A DNA stretch of 64,000 nt from Obrimoposthia wandeli (Eukaryota). The notes beneath the pieces are model-generated. The model was not told the origin of the DNA. It saw nothing but the letters and a program-made list of their open reading frames with translations, and made no database searches. The DNA lies in assembly GCA_977020255.1 (NCBI GenBank), contig CDROCS010006605.1, forward strand, positions 1-64,000, given 5' to 3'. This document shows, piece by piece, positions 22,234 through 32,236 of this stretch (position 1 is its first letter; each line of letters starts with the position of its first letter). The translations under genes and the position numbers were made by a program.

Positions 22234-22661
22234 ATCATAAAATAATGAAGATGATTACTCCGCTCGCGGCGGGCATTATATTTGGTTTGGGCCTGTTACT
22301 TTCGGGTATGACTAACCCCGCTAAGGTGCGTGGCTTTCTTGATATTTTTGGTGATTGGCAGCCTGCTTTAGCGGCGGTGATGGTTTCTGCGATTGCTATT
22401 TTTGCTTTGGCTTATCATTTTTCCAGCAAAATGAAGCAGCCTTGGTTTCATAGCATTTTTCATCGGCCAACACTTACGCAATTGGATGCGCGACTGTTAG
22501 TCGGTGCGGCTTTATTCGGTATTGGTTGGGGGCTTGTGGGGCTTTGTCCTGGCCCTGCTTTATTGAATATTATGACAGGGCAGGAAGATATTTTGATCTT
22601 TATATTGGCCTTGCTAGTGGGTAACCGAATTGCCCATTTTTCTGTTGGCCCAGCAAAATAG
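22230..22661 (+). CDS. YeeE/YedE-family membrane protein (second half-size partner)
   Basis: [14 protein letters not shown] and [11 protein letters not shown] motifs. Confidence 0.88.
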   Translation: MNHKIMKMITPLAAGIIFGLGLLLSGMTNPAKVRGFLDIFGDWQPALAAVMVSAIAIFALAYHFSSKMKQPWFHSIFHRPTLTQLDARLLVGAALFGIGWGLVGLCPGPALLNIMTGQEDILIFILALLVGNRIAHFSVGPAK

Positions 22662-22667
22662 CAGGCT

Positions 22668-23516
22668 TTAGAAAAAGTCTCTAAAGGCACTCATGCTGGG
22701 TTTTAGGCTATCTTTACGCCAAATCATTGCGGTGGTGCTATGACGCCACTGCTGGTCGAGGATGTGCTGTTGAATGCTGCTGGCGAAAGGGTAGTGGTCT
22801 AATAGTACCTTGGGTACAATACCGACTCCCATGCCTGCGGCGACGCAGCTCAATAGGGTGTGGTACGAGCTAATTTCAATGATGTGCGCAGCTATGCCTC
22901 CTTCTTTCGTCCAATCTCTCATGCGGCCTCGGTAAGCGCATAAATGGCTAAAGCTCAGTAGTGTCGGCTCGGGGTCAAGGTCTTCGGTGCTGTTGATTTT
23001 TTTATGCTTCAAATCTGAGATTAAAACCAGTTCTTCTTCAAAGATATTACTAATTTCAAGTCGAGCATCTTTTCTAGGGTCGGCTACGAGGGCGACATCG
23101 ACTTCTCCTGCTAAAATCTTTTCGATCAACTGGCCTGTCGGGCCTGTTTCTATTTGCAGCTTAACGTCTGGATATTCTTGATGGAAGCGCATTAAGGGTT
23201 CGGTTAATCGTGTTGCGGCTACGGCTTCCATTGCGCCAATCACTAAGCGCCCCTTGGGAGTTGTTTGCTGCAGTTCGTTGATGGCTTGCTGAGAGAGTTT
23301 GATCATCTGTTTGGCATAGGGCAGTAACTGCTCACCTGCGGGAGAGATGCGTAGGCGATTCTTTTCTCTTAAGAACAGCTGGGTATTCAGCTCTTGTTCT
23401 AATTTCTGAATGCGCGCGGTTATATTAGACGGCACTCGGTGCAGTTTTTGCGCTGCGGCGGTTATTCCTCCCGATAGCACGACTTCTTGAAATACTTTTA
23501 AATCTGAAAGCTCCAT
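22668..23516 (-). CDS. LysR-family transcriptional regulator
   Basis: N-terminal HTH GITAAAQKLHRVPSNITARIQKLE plus substrate-binding domain. Confidence 0.92.
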   Translation of the reverse strand: MELSDLKVFQEVVLSGGITAAAQKLHRVPSNITARIQKLEQELNTQLFLREKNRLRISPAGEQLLPYAKQMIKLSQQAINELQQTTPKGRLVIGAMEAVAATRLTEPLMRFHQEYPDVKLQIETGPTGQLIEKILAGEVDVALVADPRKDARLEISNIFEEELVLISDLKHKKINSTEDLDPEPTLLSFSHLCAYRGRMRDWTKEGGIAAHIIEISSYHTLLSCVAAGMGVGIVPKVLLDHYPFASSIQQHILDQQWRHSTTAMIWRKDSLKPSMSAFRDFF

Positions 23517-23536
23517 ATCGACCTCGATCATTATTT

Positions 23537-23573
23537 ATGAATGATTAATTCATTATTATTCATTTTTAAAGAA
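23537..23573. promoter_or_regulatory. Candidate LysR operator(s) between divergent genes
   Basis: ATGAAT-N5-ATTCAT (23537-23553) and TTC-N9-GAA (23559-23573) dyads. Confidence 0.4.
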
Positions 23574-23638
23574 TGATAAAGAGAGTTATTGTTATGGCAT
23601 GAAGTAGAGAAGGGTTAGGCCCGAGTTATGAGAGAGCG

Positions 23639-24613
23639 ATGAAAAGTGTTATGAGTGAAATAAAAAATCAGGCTTCGAGTGGACAAGGCTTTAACGATTT
23701 ACAGAAGGGCTACGGTTTTGCCCTTGCGGCAGCTCTTATTTGGGCGGGCTTTATTCTGGTATCACGCATGGGTGGCATGAGTGAGTTGTTGGCGTTTGAT
23801 GTGATTGCGATTCGGTATGCGACGTGTGCGAGTATTTTATTGCCGATTTGGTGGTTTAAGTATCGCTTTACCTTGTTCACCCCGCGTTTAATTATTTGCA
23901 GTTTAATTGGTGGCTTGGCGTATACCTTGTGCGCCTTTAGTGGTTTTCAGCTGGCGTCAGCTTCTCACGCCGCTATTTTATTACCGGGCATGATGCCGCT
24001 TTTTATTATCGTTTTATCATTTTTAATTAATAAAGAATCCCATAGTACGCAAAAGTGGTTGGGCATCGGTGTTATTACGCTGGGCATTATTGTTTTATTT
24101 GCCGGTGAGTTGGGTGTATTTGAAGGTGCGATAACGTTAAATATTACGACTTTATTGGGTGATGGCTGGTTGGTCGCTGCGGCTTTTTTCTGGGCATTAT
24201 TTTCAGTATTGATTAAACGTTGGCAGATAACGCCATGGCAAGTCACGGTGAGTTTAGCGTTGTTAACAAGTTTGTTTTATTTGCCGGTTTATATCGCTTT
24301 TTTACCCAAGGCATTATCGGCTGCGAGTTGGACGGATATTTTATTGCAGGTTTTTTATCAAGGTATTATGGCGACGATCGTGCAAATGATTTTTTATGTT
24401 AAAGCGGTACAGAAGATTGGGCCGTCAAACATGGGCGCTGTGATGTCGATTGTTCCGGTGATCTCTGGCCTAGCGGCCATCGTATTGTTTAACGAGCGGG
24501 TTAGTGTAGAGCTAATTATGGGATTAGTCTTGGTGAGTTTAGGCGCTTGGTTTGCTCATAGTCGATATGTTGAGCGTAAAAATACATTAAGAAAATCACT
24601 GAAAGTTAGTTGA
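23639..24613 (+). CDS. DMT/EamA-family transporter
   Basis: About ten TM segments in two EamA-like repeats. Confidence 0.85.
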   Translation: MKSVMSEIKNQASSGQGFNDLQKGYGFALAAALIWAGFILVSRMGGMSELLAFDVIAIRYATCASILLPIWWFKYRFTLFTPRLIICSLIGGLAYTLCAFSGFQLASASHAAILLPGMMPLFIIVLSFLINKESHSTQKWLGIGVITLGIIVLFAGELGVFEGAITLNITTLLGDGWLVAAAFFWALFSVLIKRWQITPWQVTVSLALLTSLFYLPVYIAFLPKALSAASWTDILLQVFYQGIMATIVQMIFYVKAVQKIGPSNMGAVMSIVPVISGLAAIVLFNERVSVELIMGLVLVSLGAWFAHSRYVERKNTLRKSLKVS

Positions 24614-24641
24614 GTCAAATTTAAAAAACTGAGAAATTATT

Positions 24642-24842
24642 ATGCCTTATGTAAATATTAAAATTACCGATGAACAAGTAACCCGAGAGCAGAAAGCTGA
24701 ATTGATTGCTGGAGTAACACAGCTTTTAGTGGATGTGTTAAATAAGAATCCAGCAACAACCGTTGTGGTGATTGACGAAGTGAATACCGATAACTGGGGG
24801 ATTGGTGGCGAAGTTGTTACCGCGTTACGAGAGAAAGGCTAG
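24642..24842 (+). CDS. 4-oxalocrotonate tautomerase-family protein
   Basis: Catalytic Pro at position 2 (MPYVNIKI) and NWGIGG motif. Confidence 0.9.
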   Translation: MPYVNIKITDEQVTREQKAELIAGVTQLLVDVLNKNPATTVVVIDEVNTDNWGIGGEVVTALREKG

Positions 24843-24859
24843 CGCTTTCTTTGGCTCTT

Positions 24860-24976
24860 CTCTGTGCACTCTGTGTCTCTGTGGTGAATTTTTTTTGGAC
24901 CGATCCGTAATTCAGTATTTAGAGTTACGAGAAAAGTTATTGACCACAGAGGCACAGAGCGCTTCGCTTCACAGAG
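24860..24976. repeat. Inverted pair of 20-bp CACAGAG repeats (locus 1)
   Basis: CTCTGTGTCTCTGTGGTGAA (24869-24888) and TTGACCACAGAGGCACAGAG (24940-24959), plus extra CACAGAG half-units. Confidence 0.85.
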
Positions 24977-24991
24977 GAAAGGTAGAGGTTT

Positions 24992-26680
24992 TTATAGTTG
25001 AGTCGGTGCCCAAATCACTTCGGTTTTATTCGTGCTGTGTTGATCGCATAATGCTGTGTAGTGTTTTTCTACAATATTACGTTTTATTTTCAGCGTAGGG
25101 GTTAATAAACCGTTTTCAGTTGTCCAGGTGTCCGTAATGATAAATGCACGGTCGAGCATTTCATGATGCTCAACTTCTTCGTTCACTTGTTTAAGGATTT
25201 CTTTGAAGCGTAATTCAATCGCGTTTTTATCTTTTTGTGCCAGTGTTTTTCCCTCTTCCGAAAGTTCGATTAAGCACACAGGTTGTGGTGCGCCCGAACC
25301 CAAAACACAAACCTGTTCTATTAAAAGATTGTGTTGCAATAAGCATTCAATTTTATTGGGTTGAACAAATTTGCCTTTGCTGGTTTTAAAAACGTCTTTC
25401 ACTCGGCCAGTAATGCTGAGATAACCTTCGCTATCAATTTCCCCTTTATCACCTGTATATAACCAGCCATCACGAATTGTTTCGGCTGTTTTTTCAGGTT
25501 CTAAATAATAGCCTGTCATTAGCGTGGGAGAGCGGGTGATAATTTCTCCTGCTTCGGTTATTTTTATTTCAGTATTTGGCATGGCGGTTATTGAACCGAC
25601 GGTGCCTATTTTTACTGCGCCGGGTAAATTTAACGCTGGGCCATACGCTAGGTTTTCTGTCATGCCATAACCTTCGTTAATTTCGAAGCCGATGTCTTTG
25701 TACCATTGCAATAAATCGAGTGCGATGGGGGAAGCGCCGGAGATTAATAAACGTGATTTATCCAGCCCCATGCCTTTTTGAATTTTCTTACGAATGAGTT
25801 TGTTGATCAGAGGAATACGCAGTAATTTTTCTAGTTTTTTCTGCGGTAATTTATTGTTCACTTTTTGCTGAAACTTTTGCCAAATTCTTGGTACTGCGAA
25901 TAATAAAGTTGGGCGCGTTGTTTGTAGGTTTTCACCAAAGGTATCTAAAGATTCTACGAAAGACACATCGCTGCAGCCGTAAGTTGAGCAACCTAATACC
26001 ATGAAGCGTTCGGCAATATGCGACAGTGGTAAGAAGGAGAGATAGCGATCGTCTTTATTGATTTTTAAGACGCGAGTTGCGTTTTGCGCACCAAAGCTGA
26101 AGCTACGATAAGTGTGCATTACGCCTTTAGGGTTGCCTGTGGTCCCTGAGGTATAAATAATGGTCATTAAATCGTCCATGGCGTGCACAGGGCTTGCGGT
26201 AATAGGTTCTACGCTATTAAGCAGTTCATCCCACAGATGATCAGTGTGCATTTCCATTTCATAAGGCATGGCAATGCGAATGATAGTCTCTGGAATGCCC
26301 GGCTCCATCGCTTTGGCACCGTCTAGTTTGCCGATGATGATCACTTTTGAGTCGCTGTGTGTTAGTACGTACTCTAGGGCATCAGGGGTTTGCATGGGGT
26401 AAAGCGGAACACTAATAAGCTCGGCTAGTTGAATGGCATAATCACTGATAAACCATTCGGCGCAGTTTTTAGAAAAAATAGCGACTCTATCGCCTTTAGT
26501 CAGACCTTGAGCGAGCAGGGCAGAGGCTAAGCGGCGCGCTTGGTCATTCACTTGTGCCCATGTATAGGTTTTGTAGTGGCCATTGACTGGCTGGCGTAGG
26601 AAGACTCGATTGGGAACTTGTTCATTCCACTGGTAAAGCATTTCTAAGGGAGTTGTGCAGGTATCTTTGTATGGATCCAT
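24992..26680 (-). CDS. Long-chain fatty acid-CoA ligase (AMP-binding)
   Basis: YTSGTTGNPKG, EGYGMTE, TGDKG and GRVKDVFKTSKG motifs. Confidence 0.92.
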   Translation of the reverse strand: MDPYKDTCTTPLEMLYQWNEQVPNRVFLRQPVNGHYKTYTWAQVNDQARRLASALLAQGLTKGDRVAIFSKNCAEWFISDYAIQLAELISVPLYPMQTPDALEYVLTHSDSKVIIIGKLDGAKAMEPGIPETIIRIAMPYEMEMHTDHLWDELLNSVEPITASPVHAMDDLMTIIYTSGTTGNPKGVMHTYRSFSFGAQNATRVLKINKDDRYLSFLPLSHIAERFMVLGCSTYGCSDVSFVESLDTFGENLQTTRPTLLFAVPRIWQKFQQKVNNKLPQKKLEKLLRIPLINKLIRKKIQKGMGLDKSRLLISGASPIALDLLQWYKDIGFEINEGYGMTENLAYGPALNLPGAVKIGTVGSITAMPNTEIKITEAGEIITRSPTLMTGYYLEPEKTAETIRDGWLYTGDKGEIDSEGYLSITGRVKDVFKTSKGKFVQPNKIECLLQHNLLIEQVCVLGSGAPQPVCLIELSEEGKTLAQKDKNAIELRFKEILKQVNEEVEHHEMLDRAFIITDTWTTENGLLTPTLKIKRNIVEKHYTALCDQHSTNKTEVIWAPTQL

Positions 26681-26764
26681 TATGTATCACTTAAGCGCCA
26701 GTTGATTTATTAGCGTTTATTCTACACAGGTTGTCCGATACACGTTATGGCTAAATCGTAGGCA

Positions 26765-26794
26765 CAAAAAAACCAGCCGAAGCTGGTTTTTTTG
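26765..26794. terminator. Intrinsic terminator downstream of rpsT
   Basis: CAAAAAAACCAGC-CGAA-GCTGGTTTTTTTG. Confidence 0.85.
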
Positions 26795-26852
26795 TTTAAG
26801 TCCTAAGCTCACTCCGCTGAGAGAGCTTGGTCTTAATTTAAATGCTTAGCAA

Positions 26853-27122
26853 TTAAGCTGCTTTAACAGCAAAAACTGCAGCATTTAAACGGCTCTTAGT
26901 ACGAGCAGCTTTGTTCTTGTGCAAAATGCCTTTAGAAACCATCTTGTCGATGTATGGCATAGCATTAGTCAATGCAACTTGTGCATCGTCATAGTTGTTT
27001 GCATCAATGGCAACTTGTACTTTCTTAATGTAAGTACGAACCATAGAACGAAGGCTTACGTTACGAGAGCGACGTACTACAGCCTGGCGTGCGCGTTTTT
27101 TCGATCCAGCGGAATTTGCCAT
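26853..27122 (-). CDS. rpsT: 30S ribosomal protein S20
   Basis: MANSAGSKKRARQ...HKNKAARTKSRL. Confidence 0.97.
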   Translation of the reverse strand: MANSAGSKKRARQAVVRRSRNVSLRSMVRTYIKKVQVAIDANNYDDAQVALTNAMPYIDKMVSKGILHKNKAARTKSRLNAAVFAVKAA

Positions 27123-27166
27123 AGTCGGCTCCTTTGGGAATTATTAACTTGAAAATAAGGGCGTGA

Positions 27167-27195
27167 ATTATCCTGAGTAGCGCCCATATTGTCAA
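27167..27195 (-). promoter_or_regulatory. Sigma70 promoter of rpsT
   Basis: TTGACA-17 nt-GATAAT on the minus strand. Confidence 0.65.
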
Positions 27196-27301
27196 CAGGC
27201 AATTAAGGATATTCACGGCTCTTTGCTTATTCGTGCCTAAGTTAACAAAAACTCCAGCAAATTCAATGGCTTATTTGAAAATATTTATAAGGTTTAACGG
27301 C

Positions 27302-27931
27302 CTAAACTGGCTTTATGGCGAGACTAAGGGCCATTTGGGCGAGTTGGTCGATGGTTAAATCACCTTCTTGGCGATACCAGTTGACGGTCCAGCTCAATGC
27401 GCCGGTTAATAAACGGCGTAAGACGAAAGGGTCAATAACCACAGAGCCTGACTCTTTTGCGGCGGTTAATGCACTGATCCATAAGCCTTCGTAGGTGTCG
27501 CGTAACTTCAAAATATGTTGCTGACTGGCTTCGTTGAGTGATCGCCATTCATACACTAAAACGGTCATTGCAGCCCCCGTATCACCCATTACAGATTCAA
27601 GCTCGCATTGAATTAGCGCGAGCACTTTATCCTCGGGTTTATGACTCTGTGCTAACGCGGCTTTTATTAGCTCGGTATTGAGCAATATGGTCTCTTCCAT
27701 GACCGCACGTAAAATGGCTTCTTTATTCGGATAGTGATGAAACAAGCTGCCCGATTGAATACCAATGGCTTTACCTAGGTCTCTTACTGTTGTGCGTTCA
27801 TAGCCTTTTTCTTTGAACAGTATGGCCGCTGCTTGCAATAAACGACCTTTAGCGCTGTTAGGGGCATTGATGATGCCCTGATCGATTAATGCTTGGTGGG
27901 TAGGAGAAAGCTGGGTGTTTTTTTGGGTCAT
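27302..27931 (-). CDS. atuR: TetR-family repressor of the atu cluster
   Basis: TetR HTH (LFKEKGYERTTVRDL...GSLFHHY); divergent from atuA. Confidence 0.75.
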   Translation of the reverse strand: MTQKNTQLSPTHQALIDQGIINAPNSAKGRLLQAAAILFKEKGYERTTVRDLGKAIGIQSGSLFHHYPNKEAILRAVMEETILLNTELIKAALAQSHKPEDKVLALIQCELESVMGDTGAAMTVLVYEWRSLNEASQQHILKLRDTYEGLWISALTAAKESGSVVIDPFVLRRLLTGALSWTVNWYRQEGDLTIDQLAQMALSLAIKPV

Positions 27932-28075
27932 GATTTAACAGTGCTCAATGCGGGGTCTTTCTATCTAAATGGTAACTATCTGAGATAGCTACGGTTTTTA
28001 TATTAATGCCTTTTACATAGCGGTAATACTGCTGATCTATACGCTGATTATATAGATACCATTGAATCAAATACT

Positions 28076-28105
28076 TTACAAACCAAGCGCTTGCTTGGTA
28101 GTCTT
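28076..28105 (+). promoter_or_regulatory. Candidate atuA promoter with palindromic operator between -35 and -10
   Basis: TTTACA-18 nt-TAGTCT; the spacer contains ACCAAGC-GCTT-GCTTGGT (28082-28099). Confidence 0.55.
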
Positions 28106-28145
28106 GAGTCATTGACATTATTCATGAGTATTTTAGGGTCTGAAT

Positions 28146-30020
28146 ATGATAGAGAAGAAAGTTCGTATTGGCTGTGCATCGGCTTTTTGGGGTGATACCT
28201 CAATGGCGGCTCAGCAATTAGTGAAGCAAGGTCGGATCGATTATTTGGTATTTGATTATCTGGCTGAAGTGACGATGTCGATTATGGCAGGCGCACGTAT
28301 GAAAAACCCTGAAGCAGGCTTTGCCCCTGATTTTGTCATGACCTTAGAGCGTTTGTTGCAGCCGATTGCTGAGCAAGGCATCAAGGTCGTGAGTAATGCA
28401 GGTGGTGTGAACGTACTTGGTTGTGTGGCAGCTTTGCAGGCAGCTATAGATAAAGCGGGCATTGATTTAAAAGTGGCTGCGGTAGAAGGCGACAATCTGG
28501 TTCAGCGTCAGCAAGAGTTTGTTAAAGCTGGTGTGGTTGAGATGTTTTCGGGAGAAGAATTCCCCGAGCAGTGTTTAAGTATTAATAGTTATTTGGGCGC
28601 AAGTGCTGTTCGTGATGCATTAGATGCTGGCGCGGATATTGTGATTACTGGGCGCGTAGTTGATAGCGCGGTTGTGCTTGGGCCATTGATGCATGAATTT
28701 GATTGGTCTGAAACGGATTACGATCAACTAGCTCAAGGCTCACTTGCAGGTCACGTCATTGAATGTGGTGCGCAATGTACCGGTGGTAATTTCACTGATT
28801 GGCAGTTAGTTGAAGCGGGTTACGCCAATATGGGTTTCCCGATTGTTGAGTGTGTGGCGGACGGTTCTTTTGTGGTGAGTAAGCCAGAGGGTACTGGTGG
28901 GTTGGTTTCTGAGGGGACTGTGGGCGAGCAAATTTTGTATGAAATAGGCGATCCTTCACAATATTTATTACCGGATGTTACGTGCGATTTTACGGCGGTA
29001 AACATAGAGCAGTTAGATGATGATCATGTTTTAGTTTCGGGTGCGAAAGGTCGTGCACCTTCGGATCATTATAAAGTCAGCGCGACGTATATAGATGGTT
29101 TCCGCTGTAATGCTTCTTTCATGATTGGTGGTCGCCAAGCGGTCGCGAAAGGCCAGCGTGTTGCGGAAAGTATTATTGAACGCGTCAGTTTTATTTTCCA
29201 AGCGATGGGGCTAGAAGATTTTACGGCGACAGATATTGAAGTACTCGGCAGTGAAACAACTTATGGTGCACATTCTCGTGCTGTAGATAGCCGTGAAGTC
29301 GTAGTTAAAATTGCTGTGCATCATCAAGATAAAAAAGCGTTGGGTATTTTTGCGCGCGAAATCGCCCAAGCAGCGACAGCGATGGCGCCAGGTTTAACAG
29401 GCTTAGTCGGCGGTCGTCCTAAACCCAGCCCGATGATTCGTTTGTTTTCATTCTTGTGGCCTAAAGATCAAATTGAAGTTTCTTATACTTTAAATACTCA
29501 GAGTTCTACAGTCGCTATCGCACAAGGTGAATCATTAGAAGACTTTGAGCAGGCGTCAAACGCTCTGCTTGATGGTGAAACGAATATCAACCTGACTACT
29601 TGTGACGCCAGTACAGCGTTAATTAATTTGGCCATGGCGCGCAGTGGTGATAAAGGTGACCATTGTAATGTGGGTATTCTTGCCCGTGATCCTGCTTATC
29701 TTCCTTATATTCAAAACGCGGTACAGCCAGAAAAAATTCGTCAGTATTTATCGCATATTATGGGTGAAAATAGCGATGTAAAATTGTATTCGTTACCAGG
29801 ACTTAATGCGTTCAACTTGATGCTGGAGCAAGCATTGGGCGGCGGCGGTATTGCTAGTTTACGCATTGATCCACAAGGTAAAGCGATGGCGCAGCAGTTA
29901 TTGGATATGCCGATTGCGGTGCCTGCGAAGTTGGCAAAACAGGCGGAAGAAGATTATCAAGCGCTGATTGGCAGTGCGTATAAAGCAAGCTGCGCTGACA
30001 AAAAAGAGGCAAACATATAA
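28146..30020 (+). CDS. atuA: Acyclic terpene utilization protein AtuA
   Basis: [35 protein letters not shown] and ARSGDKGD motifs; cluster context. Confidence 0.9.
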   Translation: MIEKKVRIGCASAFWGDTSMAAQQLVKQGRIDYLVFDYLAEVTMSIMAGARMKNPEAGFAPDFVMTLERLLQPIAEQGIKVVSNAGGVNVLGCVAALQAAIDKAGIDLKVAAVEGDNLVQRQQEFVKAGVVEMFSGEEFPEQCLSINSYLGASAVRDALDAGADIVITGRVVDSAVVLGPLMHEFDWSETDYDQLAQGSLAGHVIECGAQCTGGNFTDWQLVEAGYANMGFPIVECVADGSFVVSKPEGTGGLVSEGTVGEQILYEIGDPSQYLLPDVTCDFTAVNIEQLDDDHVLVSGAKGRAPSDHYKVSATYIDGFRCNASFMIGGRQAVAKGQRVAESIIERVSFIFQAMGLEDFTATDIEVLGSETTYGAHSRAVDSREVVVKIAVHHQDKKALGIFAREIAQAATAMAPGLTGLVGGRPKPSPMIRLFSFLWPKDQIEVSYTLNTQSSTVAIAQGESLEDFEQASNALLDGETNINLTTCDASTALINLAMARSGDKGDHCNVGILARDPAYLPYIQNAVQPEKIRQYLSHIMGENSDVKLYSLPGLNAFNLMLEQALGGGGIASLRIDPQGKAMAQQLLDMPIAVPAKLAKQAEEDYQALIGSAYKASCADKKEANI

Positions 30021-31636
30021 TGGCTATTTTAACCTCAGAAATAGAAATTCATAGCGAAGATTTTGCGAATAATTGTGCTGCTATGCAGGTGGCGATTGAT
30101 GAGTTTCGCGCGGTTGAAGAAAAAGTTTTAGCGAAGGCTGAGCAAGCGAAAGAAAAATTTCGCCAGCGTGGAAAATTATTACCGCGTGAGCGTTTAAATC
30201 TTTTATTGGACAGCGGTTCTAACTTTTTAGAGTTATGTTCACTTGCCGGTTTGAAGATGCATGATGATAAAGACGGCAGCAGCGCGGGCGGCGGTATTAT
30301 TGCTGGCATCGGTTATGTGGCGGGTAGCCGTTGCATGATTCAGGTGAATAACAGCGCGATTAAAGGCGGCACTATTTCCCCTGCGGGTTTGGATAAAACG
30401 TTACGCATTCAAGAAATTGCGCGTGCGAATAAATTGCCGATTGTTACTTTGGCAGAATCCGGTGGTGCAAACTTGCAGTATGCAACGGATGTTTTTGTTC
30501 CGGGTGCGCAGGCGTTTGCTAATCAAGCGCGTTTATCTGCTGCGGGTATTCCTCAGATTACGGTGGTGCATGGTAATGCTACGGCGGGTGGTGCTTATCA
30601 GCCAGGGCTTTCTGATTTTATTATTGCGGTGCGTAATAAAACAAAGATGTTTTTAGCCGGGCCACCTTTGTTAAAAGCGGCGACCGGTGAGATCGCCACG
30701 GATGAAGAGTTGGGTGGCGCTGAGTTGCATGCTTATGAAGCAGGCACGGCGGATTATTTAGCGGAAGATGATGCGGATGGTGTGCGCATTGCTCGTGAAG
30801 TGATGGCAGGTCTGCCATGGGGTGATCAAGTTGCTCCGCGTACGGAAAAAACGTATGACGAACCGCTTTATAGCGCCGATGAGTTGTTGGGTATTGTACC
30901 TTGTGATTCGAAGCGACCTTACGATGTGCGTGAAGTGGTTGCGCGCATTGCGGATGGCAGTGACTTCCAAGATTTTAAACCTGACTTTGATATTCAGACT
31001 GTGTGTGGGTTTATTAAAATTTCAGGTCATGCGGTTGGTATCATTGGTAACAATGGTCCTATTACGGCGAAGGGTGCAAATAAAGCGGCGCAGTTTATTC
31101 AGTTGTGTGATCAGAACCAAGTGTCGCTTTTGTTTTTGCATAATACGACGGGTTTTATGGTGGGCACTGAGTCTGAGAAGAGTGGCATTATTAAGCATGG
31201 TTCTAAGATGTTGCAGTCGGTTGCGAATGCGCGTGTGCCTAAGATTTCGATTGTGATTGGTGGATCTTACGGTGCAGGTAATTATGCGATGTGTGGTCGT
31301 GGTTTGGATCCAAGATTTATTTTTGCTTGGCCCAATAGCAAGACGGCGGTGATGGGTGGCGCGCAAGCGGGCAAGGTTTTACGCATTGTGACTGAAGAGA
31401 AGCAGTTGAAGATGGGGCAGGTGCCTGACGAGAAGATGCTTGATCAGATTGAGCAAATGACGGCGGCGAAATTAGAAGCGGGTTCTACTGCGTTGTTTGG
31501 TACGGCTCGTATTTGGGATGACGGTTTAATCGATCCTCGCGATACGCGTAAGTTGTTGGTGATGCTATTGGACATGTGTGATGAAGAGAAGCATCGCTCT
31601 CTTCAGGGGAATAGTTTTGGTGTTAGTCGTTTTTAG
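30020..31636 (+). CDS. atuC: Geranyl-CoA carboxylase beta (carboxyltransferase) subunit
   Basis: Carboxyltransferase motifs ESGGANL, GNATAGGAY and GSYGAGNYAMCGRG; cluster context. Confidence 0.85.
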   Translation: MAILTSEIEIHSEDFANNCAAMQVAIDEFRAVEEKVLAKAEQAKEKFRQRGKLLPRERLNLLLDSGSNFLELCSLAGLKMHDDKDGSSAGGGIIAGIGYVAGSRCMIQVNNSAIKGGTISPAGLDKTLRIQEIARANKLPIVTLAESGGANLQYATDVFVPGAQAFANQARLSAAGIPQITVVHGNATAGGAYQPGLSDFIIAVRNKTKMFLAGPPLLKAATGEIATDEELGGAELHAYEAGTADYLAEDDADGVRIAREVMAGLPWGDQVAPRTEKTYDEPLYSADELLGIVPCDSKRPYDVREVVARIADGSDFQDFKPDFDIQTVCGFIKISGHAVGIIGNNGPITAKGANKAAQFIQLCDQNQVSLLFLHNTTGFMVGTESEKSGIIKHGSKMLQSVANARVPKISIVIGGSYGAGNYAMCGRGLDPRFIFAWPNSKTAVMGGAQAGKVLRIVTEEKQLKMGQVPDEKMLDQIEQMTAAKLEAGSTALFGTARIWDDGLIDPRDTRKLLVMLLDMCDEEKHRSLQGNSFGVSRF

Positions 31637-31684
31637 TCGTGTTTGGATTCTATAAAGAGCGTTCGACGGTTTTGGTTTATTAAC

Positions 31685-32165
31685 CGCTTTCGCTTGCTAT
31701 CGATATTGGGTATGTCGTTAGGCGGCACGCCGTGAACCCATCCATGGGGGCTCGGAGAACACATCCATGTGTTCTAACGGCCTTAAACGACACACCCAAT
31801 ACCGATACGCGAAAGCTGACAGCAATAAAATTTGAGATGACGTATCTCGTTTCAATATGTGAAAGCTGACATGCATGGGATTTAGAATGTCGAGTTGAAC
31901 AAGAAACTTAAACACAGTGATAAGCCGTCAGATTTAGATTATTGAAGGCTTTGAATAATAGAAAGTATTAGAGGCGATGTATGAGGTGGGTCGTTTGAAG
32001 CCCTTCTACAGCAGGGAGCTGTAGACAAAATGGCAGGATAGCCATTTTGCACAACCGCAGGTTGCCCGAAGGGGGAAGTACATGGATGTACTGAGTGATT
32101 GCCTTACGGCGTGGCGAAGAACGAGCTACCTCATGCAGAGTAAGCCCATATTTAGAATTACGGCG
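31685..32165. repeat. Composite palindromic element, copy 2 (long hairpin C 31686-31816, spacer, long hairpin D 31981-32134), inverted relative to copy 1
   Basis: 22-bp and 15-bp inverted-repeat arms. The core 32025-32098 matches 10831-10903. Flanks are homologous to 10448-10953 in reverse. Confidence 0.8.
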
Positions 32166-32236
32166 TTGTAGAATATTAACTATCTTAACGCCAAATGAAT
32201 TATAAAATTTAAGATTAAAAAAATAGGAATAATAAA

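Noticed and set aside
24802-25098. 98-aa ORF
   Set aside because: Reads through CACAGAG repeats and overlaps the ends of two real genes.
26805-26828. Extra hairpin in the rpsT 3' UTR (and GCGATCG-CGTGT-CGATCGC at 41933-41951)
   Set aside because: Single short stems with no second copy in the window; too little support for a distinct element.
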